A DNA stretch of 63,153 bases, the filler included, from Stramenopiles sp. TOSAG23-6 (taxonomy: Eukaryota): the NCBI GenBank assembly GCA_900128565.1. It is 48 parts of 48 records of this genome, joined end to end, with 100 filler letters (N's around TTAATTAATTAA, not from the genome) between each part and the next. Parts side by side here need not be neighbours in the genome. Positions count along the whole stretch, not along the records: positions 60,647 to 61,850 come from LT639481.1; positions 61,951 to 63,153 come from LT639482.1; 46 more parts are not named here. The stretch is one strand, 5' to 3'. Below, piece by piece: positions 60,717 through 63,153 of the stretch (its first letter is position 1; the number at the start of each line of letters is the position of its first letter). A program made the translations under genes and the position numbers. The notes below the pieces were generated by a model. That model had not been told where the DNA came from, searched no databases, and was given only the letters and a program-made list of their open reading frames with translations.

Positions 60717-61772
60717 ATGTAATGTGCTTACTCCTAAATTTTGAAAAGGAATTATCAAATTTAAGAATTACAGTACCAGCCTCGGGGCACACAAACGCAC
60801 CATATTGTTCATCTAGATGACACTGAACTCGCTCTGAGGGCATAAAGTGTACAACGTGTGAAGGCTGCGAAGTGACAATATTGTTGACTGAATTAGGTGA
60901 GTTATCTGAGATTGTATTCATTTGCTTTGGAGGTGTCATTGTAGTTGGACTGACTTTTTCTCTTTGAATCTCCTTATGGTTTTTGTAAGAGTTTTGAAGT
61001 TCTTGCCAATTTGTATTTGACTGAAACGTAGCACTGAAATTAATGTCATTTTTTGCTGAGAAAAAATTCCATGTAACTAGCTGACCAGGACAAAATATTG
61101 GAATTCTCACTTCATGACAACTACCACGGCTAACCCATAAAGTTTCGCCGCCTTTTTTTATACACTGATTTTGGGTTTCAGAACTTTCATTATCATCTAT
61201 AATGTTATTACTTTCTATATCGCTTGTACAAGATTTAAAAGAACGAAAACTTGAAATTCTATCAGTATCTTTTAAATCAATTGGTTCCATTCCATCTGCT
61301 ATATTTACATTTATCGCGACTTCATCGTTATTATCGATTTGGTGTTGGGAATGCTTAGGGTTAGGGTTAGTCAGTTGAGTATCATCATTTTCTTTTTCTT
61401 CTTTTTGATCATTAGGGTTAGGGTTATCTTCTCTTTGCTTAATTTTCCAGCGTCTCCACAAAAGTTCACTTTTAATACTATTAATTTGAACACTATTTGT
61501 AGTTTCGGATTTCCTGTTTCCACTTTTTTTGTCTTGATCTTTTTGAGAAGTCAAAGATAATTTCCTGATTACAGATTCATCATGTATTTTGGAAAAATAT
61601 TTCAAAAAAAATCTTAAAAAATTTGTTAGGTACAAGCAACATACATGAACAGAACTACTATTAAAGTTTTGCTCATCCAAATAATATGATACAAGATTAC
61701 CATTATCTGTATTAATCTGTATTGCAGATGATGGGCAGTACAGTCGTCCAAAAGAAGTCCAAACTGCACAAG
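60717..61772 (-). CDS. GOLD-domain protein, internal exons (63-nt intron 61582-61644)
   Basis: VTWNFFSAKNDINFS and GAFVCPEAGTVILKFDNSFSKFRSK. Confidence 0.8.
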
Positions 61773-61997
61773 ATGTGTTTTGGAAAAATATTTCAAAAAA
61801 AAAAACGTTAGGTACAAAATTTCGTACGAAAAAAAAATCGAAATTGAAAANNNNNNNNNNNNNNNNNNNNNNNNNNNNNNNNNNNNNNNNNNNNTTAATT
61901 AATTAANNNNNNNNNNNNNNNNNNNNNNNNNNNNNNNNNNNNNNNNNNNNAGTAGAGAGACTATCGATAGTTAAAATTAGATTGTTTTGTCAGTCCA

Positions 61998-63102
61998 ATG
62001 GCTGCATGGGATGGTAGTAGAGCAGAAGTCACCTCTACATCATCTGTTCTAACTCCAGGAACTGACGGACGCACCGATAGCGCAATGGCAGAAGATACTC
62101 GTAACTTCAATAACCTTGTCGAGGCGAGCTATCGTGGCCATGAATCCGCTGTTCGTCTCTTAATAGAGAAAGGTGTGGATATCAATATGAATAAGGGTGC
62201 TTTAGGTCGCACTGCACTTATGTGCGTTGCTTGCAAAGGTCAGGAATCAATGGTAACGCTTCTTCTTGAACTTGGAGCGGATCCAACAATTAGAGATAGT
62301 AACAACCACACCGCAGCCGAACTCGCACTCCAAAAAGGTCATGACTGGGTATCAGATACACTACACAGAAATATGGCTGTAGCCTTTGTCGCATCCGCTA
62401 AGAGTGGGAATTTAGCCAATGTGAAACGTTATGTTGATGGTAATGTTGATATAAATACTCTGAGAGGCGGGGGCGCACTTTTAGCAGCTTCAAGAGCTGG
62501 GCATGAAGATATTGTTCGTTATCTACTGAAAAATAACATTAAGGTAAACTTATGCAGTAGTGTCACGGGTAGTAGTGTAACCGGCAGTGCTACAAAAGGC
62601 GTAGCGTCAAGTCGATTGAGTAGGTCCAATAGCTTATCATTGAATCAAAGGATGAGAGCAAACAGTTGCGTTTCTGAAAGAAGTTTGAGAAACAGATCTA
62701 ATAGTTGTCTTCCAGGATTTACTGCGCTCATGGGTGCAAGTGTCGCTGGAAATAATAAAATTATTCAAATTTTGTTAGCTGCCGGAGCCGACTCAAAATA
62801 TAAAGATGCAGAAGGTAATAGCGCCGTAGACCATGCGTTGAAATTAGGGAATAAAATATCTGCTCAAATTATGAAAGAATTTAATGAACAAACACAGACC
62901 AGACTAGCAGTAGAAAAAGCACGAAAAAATGAAATTCGGTCAAAGGCAAAAGCGGATAGAAAGGCCCAGAAAGAATTGTTATTATTAGAAATAGAAGAAA
63001 AACGAAAAACGGAAGCGTTACACCGCCAAAAAAAAGAAACTGAAGCACAGCAAAAACTTGAAGAAGCTTATGCAATAGAAGCGAAGGCGTGTGCCAAGGC
63101 AT
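61998..63102 (+). CDS. Ankyrin-repeat protein, first exon (missing from the ORF track)
   Basis: ASYRGHESAVRLLIEKGVDIN, GRTALM, GFTALMGA; ends at a family donor (63103). Confidence 0.9.
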
Positions 63103-63153
63103 GTATGTTTTACTTTTTTTCAAATTCGAATTTTTTTTTCGTACGAAATTTTG

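Larger units (their letters stand above)
1233..61950. other. 47 artificial contig linkers (44 N + TTAATTAATTAA + 44 N) joining 48 contigs of about 1.2 kb
   Basis: Identical 100-bp block about every 1.31-1.33 kb (12-mer at 1277, 2609, 3940 ... 61895); the 12-mer has stops in all six frames; contig lengths fall steadily from 1232 to about 1203. Confidence 0.99.
1670..63153. mobile_element. Dispersed family of about 100-nt repetitive introns (introner-like), mostly GT...AT; 48 complete copies plus many partial copies at contig ends
   Basis: Shared GTAYGTTTT donor, TTCGTACGAAATTTTGTACCTAAC core and AAATATTTTTCCAAAATACAT / AATATTTTTTCACAATACAT 3' end in dozens of unrelated genes; same orientation as the host ORF; precise removal restores reading frames. 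Confidence 0.9.

Noticed and set aside
1-63153. Gene clusters or pathways formed by neighbouring genes
   Set aside because: Contigs are ordered by length, so only genes inside the same contig are true neighbours.

Overview
This is not a continuous locus. It is a pseudo-scaffold of 48 unrelated short contigs (about 1,232 down to 1,203 bp, sorted by length) joined by 47 artificial 100-bp linkers (N44-TTAATTAATTAA-N44), so adjacency across linkers is meaningless. The DNA is AT-rich nuclear sequence from a eukaryote, most likely a flagellated stramenopile (mastigoneme-type EGF protein, TTAGGG motifs). Recognisable gene fragments include RAD51, GlyRS, ELP3, ENDOV, THOC5, NSUN6, PIGG, NF-YC, ABHD17, GCP5, CCDC57, Nup96, a TTLL, an ABCC transporter, a class-III aminotransferase and a mitochondrial carrier. 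The main signal is the intron system. Genes are split by a family of about 100-nt, mutually similar (introner-like) introns, always in the sense orientation, with consensus GTAYGTTTT...TTTCGTACGAAATTTTGTACCTAAC...AAATATTTTTCCAAAATAC-AT. Restoring reading frames by hand gave 48 complete introns: 34 end in AT, 9 in AG, 3 in TT, 1 in AC and 1 is ambiguous. Five start with GA, GG or AT instead of GT. The acceptor lies a nearly fixed 15 nt after an AATAT box whatever its dinucleotide. This suggests a mainly GT-AT, AG-independent splicing system with a distance-measured 3' splice site. All splice sites are inferred from DNA and protein conservation only; no transcript evidence was available.
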